From the NCBI GenBank assembly GCA_965216755.1, contig CBDCGL010000011.1, positions 1,184,001 to 1,248,000 on the forward strand: a DNA stretch of 64,000 nucleotides, given 5' to 3'. The translations under genes and the position numbers were made by a program. Below the pieces are notes generated by a model. The model was not told the origin of the DNA and made no database searches. It saw only the letters and a program-made list of their open reading frames with translations. Positions 17,115 to 28,234 of the stretch are shown here, piece by piece. Within the stretch, counting starts at the first letter, position 1. Every line of letters starts with the position of its first letter. This stretch comes from Alphaproteobacteria bacterium (GTDB lineage Bacteria; Pseudomonadota; Alphaproteobacteria; UBA7887).

Positions 17115-18484
17115 TGACTGGATCGGAAATCACAAAGGTCGCCGGCCGGCAAGTCTGGGACTCGCGTGGCCGCCCAACGATTGAGGCAGAAGTTCAGCTT
17201 AAAGATGGTTCCGTCGGACGCGCAATCGCACCCGCGGGTGCTTCGCGCGGGCGCCATGAGGCCGTCGACTTGCGCGACGGTGGTCCCGCGTTTGACGGCC
17301 TTGGGGTGCAAACCGCGCTCGGTCGCCTGGACGAGATTATCACCCCCACTCTTGTCGGAATGGACGCGTTGGACCAAGAGGCGATCGATGGTCTGCTCAA
17401 CCAGCTCGACGGCACGCACAACAAGGCGCATCTGGGCGGCAACACAACGATCGCCGTTTCCATGGCCGCACTGCACGCCGGGGCAAGATCATCTGGGCGA
17501 CCGCTGTATGAGCACTTGCACGGTGCTGTGCCAAATCAAATGCCAATGCCGGAGATTCAAATCCTCGGCGGCGGTGCGCATGCGGGCCGACGGGTAGATA
17601 TTCAGGACTTCATGATCGTTTGCCCGGGCGCCAAGACATTTGGCGATGCTCTGTCAATGACGGCCGCGGTCTATGCCAAAGCTGGCGCCCTATTGGAAAG
17701 CCGGGGCCAACGCTATGGCGTTGCCGATGAAGGCGGTTATTGGCCGGCATTTGATCGCAACGAGCATGCGCTAGCATTTGTAACCGAGGCCATCGAAGCC
17801 GCAGGCTTCGTGCCCGGTAAGGATGTCGGGATGGCCTTGGACATTGCCGCATTGGAATTCTACGACGATGGTCACTATCATTTGGCGCTTGATGGCGAGG
17901 CCTTCAGTACCGATGCGTTTATTGGCAAGGTCATCAACTGGATCGAGAGATTTCCGATTCTGTCCGTCGAGGATCCGGTTGCCGAGGACGACCACGACGG
18001 CATGCGCCAATTCACGGCGGCGGTCGGTGACAAGGTACGAATCGTCGCTGATGACTATGTGGTCACCAATGCTCAGCGCATTGCGGCCGCCGCAAGTGCC
18101 GGAGCCTGCAATGCGGCGCTGATCAAGCCAAATCAGGCTGGCACGGTTACCGAGACCTATGCCGCCGTCTGCACCGCCCAACAAGCAGGTTGGGGCACCG
18201 TCGTTTCGGCCCGATCCGGGGAGACGGAGGACACCACCATCGTTCATTTGGCCGTCGGCTGGGGCGCGGATCAGCTGAAGGTTGGCTCGTTCAGTCGCTC
18301 AGAGAGGATGGCCAAATGGAACGAAGGGATTAGGATAGAGGAAGAGTTGCGCGCAACCCATAATACCTGGCCCCTCCTGGCGGCGGTTTCTTGGGGAGGA
18401 GAAGTAAGATGCGCATCGTCTTCCACTATGCCGCGAGCCGTGGTCTCCGCAAGCGACTTGCCGGGCTTGAAGAAAGCGGTCTGA
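17111..18484 (+). CDS. Enolase paralogue with altered active-site residues
   Basis: DSRGRPTIEAEV, ADEGG, VEDP, LIKPNQ, RSGETED, SRSERMAKWN; ATGA overlap with the kinase gene. Confidence 0.85.
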   Translation: MMTGSEITKVAGRQVWDSRGRPTIEAEVQLKDGSVGRAIAPAGASRGRHEAVDLRDGGPAFDGLGVQTALGRLDEIITPTLVGMDALDQEAIDGLLNQLDGTHNKAHLGGNTTIAVSMAALHAGARSSGRPLYEHLHGAVPNQMPMPEIQILGGGAHAGRRVDIQDFMIVCPGAKTFGDALSMTAAVYAKAGALLESRGQRYGVADEGGYWPAFDRNEHALAFVTEAIEAAGFVPGKDVGMALDIAALEFYDDGHYHLALDGEAFSTDAFIGKVINWIERFPILSVEDPVAEDDHDGMRQFTAAVGDKVRIVADDYVVTNAQRIAAAASAGACNAALIKPNQAGTVTETYAAVCTAQQAGWGTVVSARSGETEDTTIVHLAVGWGADQLKVGSFSRSERMAKWNEGIRIEEELRATHNTWPLLAAVSWGGEVRCASSSTMPRAVVSASDLPGLKKAV

Positions 18485-19359
18485 AAGTCACAGTCGTTGA
18501 GCCGGATGACAATGCGGGACTGAAAGCACGGCTCGAAACTTGTGACGTGCTGTGGCACGTTTTGGAGCCCGTCACCGCGGACGACATTGCACACGCACCC
18601 CAACTACGCCTGATCCACAAAGTGGGCGTCGGACTCGACACGATCGATTTGGAAGCGGCCGCAACACGCAACATCGCCGTTTGCAACACACCTGGGGTCA
18701 ACAGCCGCGCCGTGGCCGAGCTTACCCTCGGCCTCATGCTTGCCACGCTCCGGCGCATTGTCACGTTTGACGGCGAAACGCGACGTGGTGACGGTTGGAC
18801 ATGGCCGGTTCAACGACAAGACGAACTTGGCGAGATTCACGGCCGTACAGTTGGCATCGTGGGTTACGGCGCCGTCGCCCGCTGCCTTGCGCCAACGCTC
18901 AAAGCCATGGGAGCACACGTCGTCTATACCGACGTGGCCGCAGTCGACGGTGTTGATGTTCCGTTCGTGGATCTGCCCGAACTTTTGAGGCGGGCCGACA
19001 TCGTGACCTTGCATGTGCCGCTCTTGCCCGCGACGCGCCATTTGATCGACACGCCGGCACTGGCGTTAATGAAACCCGGCGCCGTTCTTATCAACTGCGC
19101 GCGCGGCGGATTGGTCGATGAAGAGGCCTTGGTCGTGGCGCTTCAAAGCGGTCAGCTCTCGGCGGCCGGCCTGGACACGTTCTTGCAGGAGCCGGCCGAA
19201 ACAAGCAATCCGCTTTTCGCGTTGCCCAACGTGGTTGTCACACCCCACATTGCCTGGCTAACGCAGGAGACGCTCAACAGGACATTAGACATCTTGGTCG
19301 ACAATTGTCGCCGCCTCGAGGCCGGTGCGCCGCTGCTGCACCAAGTCGCACCGCGTTGA
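18409..19359 (+). CDS. D-isomer-specific 2-hydroxyacid dehydrogenase
   Basis: GVGLDTID, AVAE, GIVGYGAV, LINCARGGLVDE, TPHIAW; GGAGGAG RBS. Confidence 0.92.
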   Translation: MRIVFHYAASRGLRKRLAGLEESGLKVTVVEPDDNAGLKARLETCDVLWHVLEPVTADDIAHAPQLRLIHKVGVGLDTIDLEAAATRNIAVCNTPGVNSRAVAELTLGLMLATLRRIVTFDGETRRGDGWTWPVQRQDELGEIHGRTVGIVGYGAVARCLAPTLKAMGAHVVYTDVAAVDGVDVPFVDLPELLRRADIVTLHVPLLPATRHLIDTPALALMKPGAVLINCARGGLVDEEALVVALQSGQLSAAGLDTFLQEPAETSNPLFALPNVVVTPHIAWLTQETLNRTLDILVDNCRRLEAGAPLLHQVAPR

Positions 19360-19451
19360 TCTGGAAACGGTTCACCAGCACACCGTCCGGCAAAAGCTGT
19401 GTTTGCTTGTGGCCCGATCATGGCCCACTGCTTTGCGTTGCCGCGCCTCGT

Positions 19452-21116
19452 CTAACCCTCTTTTTCCGCGTCCACAAAAGGCGGCGGTGCGAAATAGGGC
19501 GGATAGGGTCCAATCGCGCCCATATCCACCTCAACGAGAGCGGGCCCGGATACATTTAGGCCAGCCTTAACGGCATCGCCAAGCTGGTCGGCACGCGATA
19601 CGCACTGGAACGGCATGCCGGCAACTTCGGCGAGCCGCGCGAAGTCCGGCCCGGCGACGTCGCCGTAAATATGGCGGCCGTCATACATCTTGGTTTGGAT
19701 GTGTTTGATCACCCCATAGCCATTGTCATTCATGACCAAAAACACGACATCGACATTCTCTTGCACCGCGGTCCACAGCTCGGCCAGGCTAAGAAAGAAT
19801 CCGCCGTCCCCGCACATGCACACGACCTTCCGGCCGGGCGCACCGAGGGCCGCGCCGATCCCCAACGGCAAGCCGGGGCCGATACCCGCACCGACCGGAT
19901 AAATGCTATCGCGCGGGTCATAGACCGGAAAGGTCCGATTTCCCCACGTGCTGTTGTTCAAGGTGATGTCACGAACCCACAAAGCATCGCGCGGCATTGC
20001 CGCCCGCAGATCGTCCGGAAACGACTGATACGGTCTGAGCCCGGCGTGATAGTTGCGGATGGCCTTGGCCTTCAAAGCCGCGATCTCCTCACCATATCCC
20101 TCTGCGATTGTGATTTGCCCATCGAGCCGGTTCAGCAAGGCCGCCAGCGTCGCGTGCGCCTCGCCACACACAAATAGATCGCTGGTGTAGGTGCGCCCAT
20201 TTGCGGCCGGATCGATATCGATTTGTATCCGTCGCGTCGGAAGACGTAACGTTTGGTCACGGGTTTCGTGACCACGCAGGCGTCCGCCGACAACCACCAT
20301 CAAATCGACACTGTCGTAGAATGCCTCGACCTCGGGCACATTGTTTAATCCACCCAGAGCAAGGGGATGGTCTTCGGGCAGCACGCCGCGGCCATTCCAG
20401 CTGGTCACGATCGGGATACCCAGTTTGGCCAAGGCGGCAGCCTCCACTTTGGCCCGGCGCGCTCCGGTGCCCAACCAAAACATTGGCCGCCGCGCGGCAC
20501 GGATCATGGATACGATGGCAGCCAGCTGATCGTCGCTGGGCTCCGCCGGCGCCGGAATCGGCAGCGCGAAATGATCGAGCTCGGCGGGTGCGGCGATGCG
20601 GGTTCGCTGAATATCAATGGGAATCTCGACGCTGACCGGCCCCATTGGCGGAGTCAGCGCCTCCGCCGCCGCGTGCATGAGCGTTCCTAATGCAGTCTCC
20701 GCCGCGCGCACGCGGTATGCCGCCTTTGATACCGCCGCCAACATGTCCAACTGGGCCGGCACATCGTGGACCGGTCCCTGCTTGCGATCGACATTCGGCG
20801 TCGCGGTTTGGCCGGTTATGTGCAGCAGGGGCGTGCCAGCGAAGCCTGCTTCGACAAGTGCGCCGGTCGCGTTGGCCGCGCCGGGACCGGTACTGGTGAC
20901 CAATGCGCCCAGGCGCCCACTCGCCCGCGCATAGGCATCGGCCATGTGACCCGCGCCCGCCTCGCCGCGCGCGGTGACAAAGCGAACGGCGTTTCTACGG
21001 CTGATGGCATCCAGGATTGGTATGTTATGAATGGAAATGACCCCAAACGCGGTATCAACACCGCATTGTTGTAAAAATGCGGCGACAACATCGCCAACAG
21101 CCATTTGTTCGGTCAT
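19452..21116 (-). CDS. Thiamine diphosphate-dependent enzyme (acetolactate synthase-like)
   Basis: RGEAGAGHMADAYAR, TSTGPG, GDGG...NDNGYG ThDP motif. Confidence 0.9.
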   Translation of the reverse strand: MTEQMAVGDVVAAFLQQCGVDTAFGVISIHNIPILDAISRRNAVRFVTARGEAGAGHMADAYARASGRLGALVTSTGPGAANATGALVEAGFAGTPLLHITGQTATPNVDRKQGPVHDVPAQLDMLAAVSKAAYRVRAAETALGTLMHAAAEALTPPMGPVSVEIPIDIQRTRIAAPAELDHFALPIPAPAEPSDDQLAAIVSMIRAARRPMFWLGTGARRAKVEAAALAKLGIPIVTSWNGRGVLPEDHPLALGGLNNVPEVEAFYDSVDLMVVVGGRLRGHETRDQTLRLPTRRIQIDIDPAANGRTYTSDLFVCGEAHATLAALLNRLDGQITIAEGYGEEIAALKAKAIRNYHAGLRPYQSFPDDLRAAMPRDALWVRDITLNNSTWGNRTFPVYDPRDSIYPVGAGIGPGLPLGIGAALGAPGRKVVCMCGDGGFFLSLAELWTAVQENVDVVFLVMNDNGYGVIKHIQTKMYDGRHIYGDVAGPDFARLAEVAGMPFQCVSRADQLGDAVKAGLNVSGPALVEVDMGAIGPYPPYFAPPPFVDAEKEG

Positions 21117-21216
21117 GGGCGTCTCTCTCGGTCCGATCGGTTGGGCGCAAGGCGGACAACCTTTCTAATGCACGCGCCCGAAGGTTGTCACGCGAGGGTC
21201 AAGCATGGGAGGTAGT

Positions 21217-22446
21217 ATGCGTTGTGAAGTAATCGCTATCGGCACCGAGCTCTTACTGGGCCAAATCGTCGACACCAACTCGTCCTGGATCGGTGGCCAG
21301 CTCGCACAGGCCGGAATCGATTCCTACTATCAAACAAAAGTTGGCGATAACCATGGCCGGATGGTTACGTGCCTGCGTTTGGCTTTGGAGCGCAGCGACG
21401 CCGTCATTACCTGCGGCGGCCTTGGTCCGACCCAAGACGACATCACACGCGAGGCCATCGCCGAGGTGATGGGCGTCAAATTGGTGCGCGATCACGAAAT
21501 GGGCGAGAAGATCCGGGCGTTATTCGCGTCACGCGGCCGTACGATGACCGAAAACAACCTGCGCCAGGCCGACCTGCCCGAAGGCGCCTACACGATCTCG
21601 GAAATGCCCGGCACCGCGCCGGGATTGGTCTGCCCCGTCGGTGACAAAGTGATCTATGCGGTGCCCGGCGTGCCGCACGAAATGCGGACCATGATGTTTG
21701 GCACGATCCTGCCCGATTTGCAGCGCCGCGCCGGCGTCACCGCGGTGATCAAGAGCCGGGTCGTCAAAACTTGGGGGCACACTGAATCAGGCCTAGCCGA
21801 ACTGCTGGCGGACCGCATTGATGAACTGGATCGTCTCGGAAATCCGACGCTCGCCTTTCAGGCCAGCGGCATCGAGGGACTGAAAGTGCGAATCACGGCC
21901 AAGGAGGCCGATGAGGCGACGATCAACAAGACCCTGGATGCCGAGGAACGGCTGGTCCGCGGCATACTCGGTGACATCGTGTTTGGCGTCGACGACCAGA
22001 CGATGGAGTCGGTCGTTCTGGACCAGTTGCGCGCACGTCGTCAGACCTTCGCCGTCGTGGAAACGCTGACCGGGGGTCTGATCGCACAACGCATGAGCGC
22101 CATCACCCACGCGCGCGACGTGTTTCGCGGCGCGCTGGTTTCGCCGGCCGGCGACGTGCGCCACCGTCTGCTCGGCGTCTCCAACGGGCCATTGGTCGCG
22201 CCGGAAACGGCGGCGGCCATGGCTGACGGGGTGCGCCGAGCGCTTGGGGCGGACGTGGGCATCGCCACCGTCGGGGTCGCCGACACTGACGAAGAAAATG
22301 GATTTCCGCGCGGCACCGTGTTTCTGGGATTGGCGTTGGACGACGCACCACGGGCCGAGCGTGTCAATTTGCCCGGCCGTGGTGACCGTTTGCGGGGCTA
22401 TGCGGTGATTAGCCTGCTGAACGCGTTGCGCAGAAAGCTTGCTTAG
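21217..22446 (+). CDS. cinA: Competence/damage-inducible protein A (NMN deamidase-related)
   Basis: IGTELLLGQIVDTNS, VGDN, GGLGPTQDDITRE, PGVPHEM, ETLTGG. Confidence 0.9.
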   Translation: MRCEVIAIGTELLLGQIVDTNSSWIGGQLAQAGIDSYYQTKVGDNHGRMVTCLRLALERSDAVITCGGLGPTQDDITREAIAEVMGVKLVRDHEMGEKIRALFASRGRTMTENNLRQADLPEGAYTISEMPGTAPGLVCPVGDKVIYAVPGVPHEMRTMMFGTILPDLQRRAGVTAVIKSRVVKTWGHTESGLAELLADRIDELDRLGNPTLAFQASGIEGLKVRITAKEADEATINKTLDAEERLVRGILGDIVFGVDDQTMESVVLDQLRARRQTFAVVETLTGGLIAQRMSAITHARDVFRGALVSPAGDVRHRLLGVSNGPLVAPETAAAMADGVRRALGADVGIATVGVADTDEENGFPRGTVFLGLALDDAPRAERVNLPGRGDRLRGYAVISLLNALRRKLA

Positions 22447-22458
22447 GCAGGCTTGAGC

Positions 22459-22971
22459 CTATCGGGGACCATAATTGATGTAGTCTGACCAGAATCGTTC
22501 CAAGGATCGCAGGCTGCTGATCATACGGTTCATGCCTTCACCGCCCAGCCCTTGACGACCCAAAGCGCCGACATTCTGTTCGAACATCGAATTGATGGCG
22601 GCGGTCAACTGCAAACCTTTTTCAGACAGACGAACGCGCGTCGTCCGCCGATCGTGGGTCGATCGTTCCTGCACCAGATAGCTGTTTTCGACCAGCTTCT
22701 TAACGTTGTAAGAGACGTTTGAACCCAGGTAGTAGCCGCGGTTGGTCAACTCACCAATGGTCAGCGTCTCGTTTTCGATATTGCTCAGCAAGACCGCTTG
22801 GACGTTGTTGATATCCTCGATTCCGAGCCGGTCCAGCTCGGATTTCACAACATCCAGAAAACGCCGATGCAGGCGTTCAATCAGTCGAATGACGTCTAAG
22901 TACACCTCGCGCGTCGCTGAGTCGTTGGTCTCAGCGGCAACAGGCGGGGTCTCGGTGAAGGCGTCAGCCAT
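22459..22971 (-). CDS. ldtR: MarR-family regulator, LdtR type
   Basis: IERLHRRFLDVVK, DINNVQA, RGYYLGSNVSYNVKKL. Confidence 0.8.
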   Translation of the reverse strand: MADAFTETPPVAAETNDSATREVYLDVIRLIERLHRRFLDVVKSELDRLGIEDINNVQAVLLSNIENETLTIGELTNRGYYLGSNVSYNVKKLVENSYLVQERSTHDRRTTRVRLSEKGLQLTAAINSMFEQNVGALGRQGLGGEGMNRMISSLRSLERFWSDYINYGPR

Positions 22972-23081
22972 CGCACTTTGCTCCTAACGAATCGATCGAG
23001 TCTCACGACGTGGGTAGATAGGACAGCGCGAAGGTTAAAATTCACTAAATTTCCTTAAATTTCCAACAAACGTTGCGCAAT

Positions 23082-23966
23082 TTATTGCCCTTCAATCAAT
23101 TTAATGATCGCGGAGTAGTCTAAACCCCCGTTTCCTGCCGCACTGAAGAGGCCATAAAGCGCGGCAACCTGCGCGCCAACCGGGGTCGGACAGCCGGTTG
23201 CCTGTGCCGCTTGCTGGGCCAATCGAAGATCTTTTAGCATCATATCGGTGGCAAAACCCGGTTTGAAGTCGCGATTCGCCGCCGAGGTTTCGACAATACC
23301 CGCAACAGGTAGGTGGTGAAGCATTGCCCAACAACTTCCGGATGAAGCGGAAGCGATTTCGAATAGGGTTTTCGGCTCCAGGCCTAGCCGGGCCCCAAGG
23401 GTGAATGATTCGGACAATGCGATCATTGAAATGCCCAGAATCATGTTATTGCAAATCTTGGCCGCCTGACCGTTACCACTGGGACCCGCGTGCACGATAT
23501 TCTTGCCCATCAAGTCAAGAATCGGGCGAGCCCGCGCGAACGCGTCGCCTTCGCCGCCGACCATGAACGTTAGTGTGCCGGCCTGTGCCCCTGCGACGCC
23601 GCCCGAAACCGGCGCGTCGAGCATTGCCAACCCGCGCTCGGCCGCGGCTCCGGCAACAGCGCGCGCGCTATCAACGTCGATTGTGGAACTGTCGACCAAT
23701 AGCGTGCCACTTTTGGTTGAATCGATTATTCCACCCGGATCCATATAAACCGCGCGCACATGTGTGCCGGCCGGCAGCATAGTGATCACAGCGTCAGCAT
23801 CTTCCACGCAATCCGCAATATCCTTCGCCGCCCGACCACCCGCGTCGCAAACGATCTCAACGGCATCTGTATCGAGGTCGAAGGCAGCTACCCTGTGCTC
23901 GCCCTTGATCAAGTTGCAGGCCATCGGCGCGCCCATGTTGCCGACGCCAACAAATCCGATTTTCAT
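23082..23966 (-). CDS. mmsB: 3-hydroxyisobutyrate dehydrogenase
   Basis: GFVGVGNMG, DAPVSGG, AKICNNMILG; AGGAG RBS before ATG 23966. Confidence 0.92.
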   Translation of the reverse strand: MKIGFVGVGNMGAPMACNLIKGEHRVAAFDLDTDAVEIVCDAGGRAAKDIADCVEDADAVITMLPAGTHVRAVYMDPGGIIDSTKSGTLLVDSSTIDVDSARAVAGAAAERGLAMLDAPVSGGVAGAQAGTLTFMVGGEGDAFARARPILDLMGKNIVHAGPSGNGQAAKICNNMILGISMIALSESFTLGARLGLEPKTLFEIASASSGSCWAMLHHLPVAGIVETSAANRDFKPGFATDMMLKDLRLAQQAAQATGCPTPVGAQVAALYGLFSAAGNGGLDYSAIIKLIEGQ

Positions 23967-23994
23967 ATTTGGTCTCCTTAGTAACCTCGGCCGC

Positions 23995-25074
23995 TTATCC
24001 CGGTTCGGAAGCGTCGGGTTCAAAACGCAGTTCGCCCCCTTCGAGTGGCGCAAAATAGGCGTCGATCATCGCATCCTCGACGCCATCCAACGTTGCCGGC
24101 TGCCATTTCGGCGCATTGTCTTTGTCAACCAGAATAGCGCGGACGCCCTCGTTGAAATCATGGGCCCGCGTCATGCGCTGGCTCAGCCGATACTCCATGA
24201 CCATGCAATCCTCGAATGACAAAGCAGCACCGGCGCGTATCAACCGAAACGACGCGCGCAGACTGCTCGGCGACCGCTCGCTCAGCGCATGACGCGTGGC
24301 GTCCGCCCAGGCGGTCCCATCGTTCTCAAGCGCGGTCAGGATTTCGACCACCGAGTTCTGTGCGAAACACCGGCCGATTGCGGTGTGTTGGTCTGCCAAC
24401 GGTGCCGGTCCAGGATCGGCGTCGAATTGAGCCAAATTTGCTTCCAGATCGCCTGGATCCAGCCCGTCACGCAACGTCGATTCCAACTGTGCGAGCCTTT
24501 CCGATGGCACGTAATGGGTCGCGACGCCCGCGTAAACGCAATCCGCCGCCTTTAGCCGCGCGCCTGTCAGCGCCAAATACATGCCAATTTCGCCCGGGCA
24601 CCTGGGCAAAAAATAACTGCCGCCAACGTCCGGAAAAAAGCCGATGCCGGTTTCCGGCATAGCAAATGTCGTGCGCTCGGTGGCAACACGGTAGCCGCCA
24701 TGAACGGATATACCAACCCCGCCACCCATTGTTATGCCATTCAAGAGGCAAGCATAGGGCGTCGTAAGGCGCTTGATCGCCGTATTGAGCCGATACTCGT
24801 CAAAAAAGAATTGACGGATCAGGCTGCCGTTCGACTTGTGAGACCTTGAAATCGCGCGAATATCGCCACCCGCGCAAAATGCCCGGTCGCCCGTCGCCTT
24901 GACAAGAACGGCATGAACATCGGATGCAGCTTCCCATTCATCCAATTTCTGATGAAATGCACGCACCATGTTGTGCGTAAGGGTATTGAGCGCCTTTGGT
25001 CGATTGAGCGTGATCCACCCGCAACCATCGGTTCGCTCGAACAGGATTTCATCGTCATCGGTGGTCGCGCTCAT
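23995..25074 (-). CDS. 3-hydroxyisobutyryl-CoA hydrolase (enoyl-CoA hydratase superfamily)
   Basis: [46 protein letters not shown]. Confidence 0.88.
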   Translation of the reverse strand: MSATTDDDEILFERTDGCGWITLNRPKALNTLTHNMVRAFHQKLDEWEAASDVHAVLVKATGDRAFCAGGDIRAISRSHKSNGSLIRQFFFDEYRLNTAIKRLTTPYACLLNGITMGGGVGISVHGGYRVATERTTFAMPETGIGFFPDVGGSYFLPRCPGEIGMYLALTGARLKAADCVYAGVATHYVPSERLAQLESTLRDGLDPGDLEANLAQFDADPGPAPLADQHTAIGRCFAQNSVVEILTALENDGTAWADATRHALSERSPSSLRASFRLIRAGAALSFEDCMVMEYRLSQRMTRAHDFNEGVRAILVDKDNAPKWQPATLDGVEDAMIDAYFAPLEGGELRFEPDASEPG

Positions 25075-26213
25075 GCTTGCCCCAAAACTGAACGTGCGAT
25101 GATCAAGCGCATGATTTCGTTGGTTCCTTCTAGGATTTGGTGAACGCGAAGGTCGCGTAGGATTCGCTCGACGGGATACTCGCGAATATAGCCATAGCCA
25201 CCATGAAGCTGCAGCGCCTCATTGCAAATATCAAATCCAGCATCTGTGGCAAATCGCTTGGCCATGGCGCAGTGCGCGGTCGCATTTGGGCGTCGCTGGT
25301 CAAGATCGGAGGCGGCGCGACGGACCATGAGGCGTGCGGCCTCAAGCCCCGTGGCCATGTCCGCCAGCTTGAACTGTACCGACTGCAAGGCGGCCAGCAC
25401 GTGACCAAACTGCTGCCGCACGGCAACGTGCTCCGTGGCGGCTTCCAGACACGCGCGCGCACCGCCGATTGAGCAAGCGGCGATATTGATCCGCCCACCA
25501 TCCAATCCCCGCATGGCGATCTTGAAACCCTCGCCTTCGTCGCCGATGCGATTGGCAACCGGCACCCGACAGTTGTCAAATGACACCATCGCGGTCGGTT
25601 GTGAATGCCAACCGAGTTTTCGTTCTTTCTTGCCAAAACCCAGCCCGGTCGCGCCCGCCTCAACCACCAAGCACGAGATGCCGCGCGGACCAGCCTCGCC
25701 GGTGCGCACCATGCAGACATAGACATCGGACGTGCCACCACCCGAAACAAACGCCTTGCTGCCGTTCAGCACATAGCAATCGCCATCCCGGTCGGCACGC
25801 GTCTGCAGCGAAGCCGCGTCGGAGCCCGCGCCCGGTTCGGTCAGACAATAACTAGCCATCAGATCCATTGACGCCAATCCGGGAATCCAACGGGCCCGCT
25901 GAGCTTGGTCGCCAAACTGATCAATCATCCATGCCGCCATATTGTGGATCGAAATGTAGGCCGCCGTAGACGGGCAAGCGGCCGCCAGTTCCTCGAAGAT
26001 GATGGTCGCATCCAAACGACTCAGCCCCGAACCGCCATGGTCCGGATCGCAATAGAGCGCGGCGAACCCAAGCGCCGCCGCCGCCCGTAGTGTCTCGACG
26101 GGAAATATCTCTTGCTCGTCCCAGGTCGCCGCATGGGGCGCCATTTGTTCACGCGCAAAGGCCTGTGATGTATCACGAAAAGCCCGCTGCTCGTCCGTCA
26201 GCTCAAAATCCAT
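25071..26213 (-). CDS. Isobutyryl-CoA dehydrogenase (acyl-CoA dehydrogenase)
   Basis: [35 protein letters not shown]; valine catabolic context. Confidence 0.88.
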   Translation of the reverse strand: MDFELTDEQRAFRDTSQAFAREQMAPHAATWDEQEIFPVETLRAAAALGFAALYCDPDHGGSGLSRLDATIIFEELAAACPSTAAYISIHNMAAWMIDQFGDQAQRARWIPGLASMDLMASYCLTEPGAGSDAASLQTRADRDGDCYVLNGSKAFVSGGGTSDVYVCMVRTGEAGPRGISCLVVEAGATGLGFGKKERKLGWHSQPTAMVSFDNCRVPVANRIGDEGEGFKIAMRGLDGGRINIAACSIGGARACLEAATEHVAVRQQFGHVLAALQSVQFKLADMATGLEAARLMVRRAASDLDQRRPNATAHCAMAKRFATDAGFDICNEALQLHGGYGYIREYPVERILRDLRVHQILEGTNEIMRLIIARSVLGQA

Positions 26214-26361
26214 CGGCTTGACCAGTGTGAAGGTAAAGGGCGCCAGATGGTATCGGCTCGCCGGCCACTGTCAACGCGCCGAAATGTTGGCGCGGGCATT
26301 GTGATTGTCAGTCCATCCCGTTGTTTCGCGGCGCGCGCGCTCGTATGATCTCGCCAATTAA

Positions 26362-27396
<1,035 letters not shown>

Positions 27397-27414
27397 CCCA
27401 CGGAGCCCCCCCTC

Positions 27415-28212
27415 ATGACAGACAATGTTGAAATCACGCGCCGCCGGGTGGTGGCCGGCGTTGCGACGACACCGTTTGCATCAATGTCGCTCGCTGGCGT
27501 TTTGGCCGATCCAAAACTGGTCCGCGCAGCTGCTGGCACGTTGGAGTCAATCACGCTGGAAACCGACGGCGGTCTGACCGTGAGCGCGGCCCTCGCCCTG
27601 CCCGACCGAACACCAGCCGCATCGGTACTACTAATCCACGAATGGTGGGGGCTGAATGATCAGATCAAGGCCGTCGCGGCGGAGTTGGCGCGCGAAGGCT
27701 ATTTCGCGCTGGCGATCGACTTATATGGCGGCGCGGTGACCGACGATCGTCAGGAAGCGAGCACGCTGATGGGCCAAGTCGATCCCCTCGCAGCCTTGGA
27801 TACGATAGGCTCTTGGTTGCGCTGGTTGAAGGCCGAAGAACGAGTCAATGGCAAAATCGGCACTATCGGCTGGTGCTTCGGTGGCGGTTGGTCGCTGACC
27901 GGGTCGACGGTCGAACCGGTCGACGCGACCGTTGTCTACTATGGTCGGGTCACCGTGGCGCCCGAGAGCCTGGAAACTCTGCAGGGTCCGGTGCTCGGTC
28001 ATTTCGCGACCGAGGACAAGTTCATCAACGCCGACATGGTCTCCGGCTTCGAGGCCAATATGGATACCATCGGCCATCCCTACACAACCCATTGGTACGA
28101 GGCGAACCACGCTTTCGCCAACCCGACCAGCGCCCGTTACGACTCGGACGATGCCGCGACCGCCTGGCGACGCACCCTCGAATTTTTTGAGACCCACTTG
28201 AAGAGAGCTTAA
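27415..28212 (+). CDS. Dienelactone hydrolase family protein
   Basis: IHEWWGLN, GWCFGG, HAFANP; Tat-like TRRRVV. Confidence 0.88.
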   Translation: MTDNVEITRRRVVAGVATTPFASMSLAGVLADPKLVRAAAGTLESITLETDGGLTVSAALALPDRTPAASVLLIHEWWGLNDQIKAVAAELAREGYFALAIDLYGGAVTDDRQEASTLMGQVDPLAALDTIGSWLRWLKAEERVNGKIGTIGWCFGGGWSLTGSTVEPVDATVVYYGRVTVAPESLETLQGPVLGHFATEDKFINADMVSGFEANMDTIGHPYTTHWYEANHAFANPTSARYDSDDAATAWRRTLEFFETHLKRA

Positions 28213-28234
28213 CGATGGGCTCGGGTGCGCGAAT

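Noticed and set aside
23030-23060. CtrA box upstream of ldtR
   Set aside because: TTAA/CTAA half-sites have 6-bp spacing and mismatches; too weak
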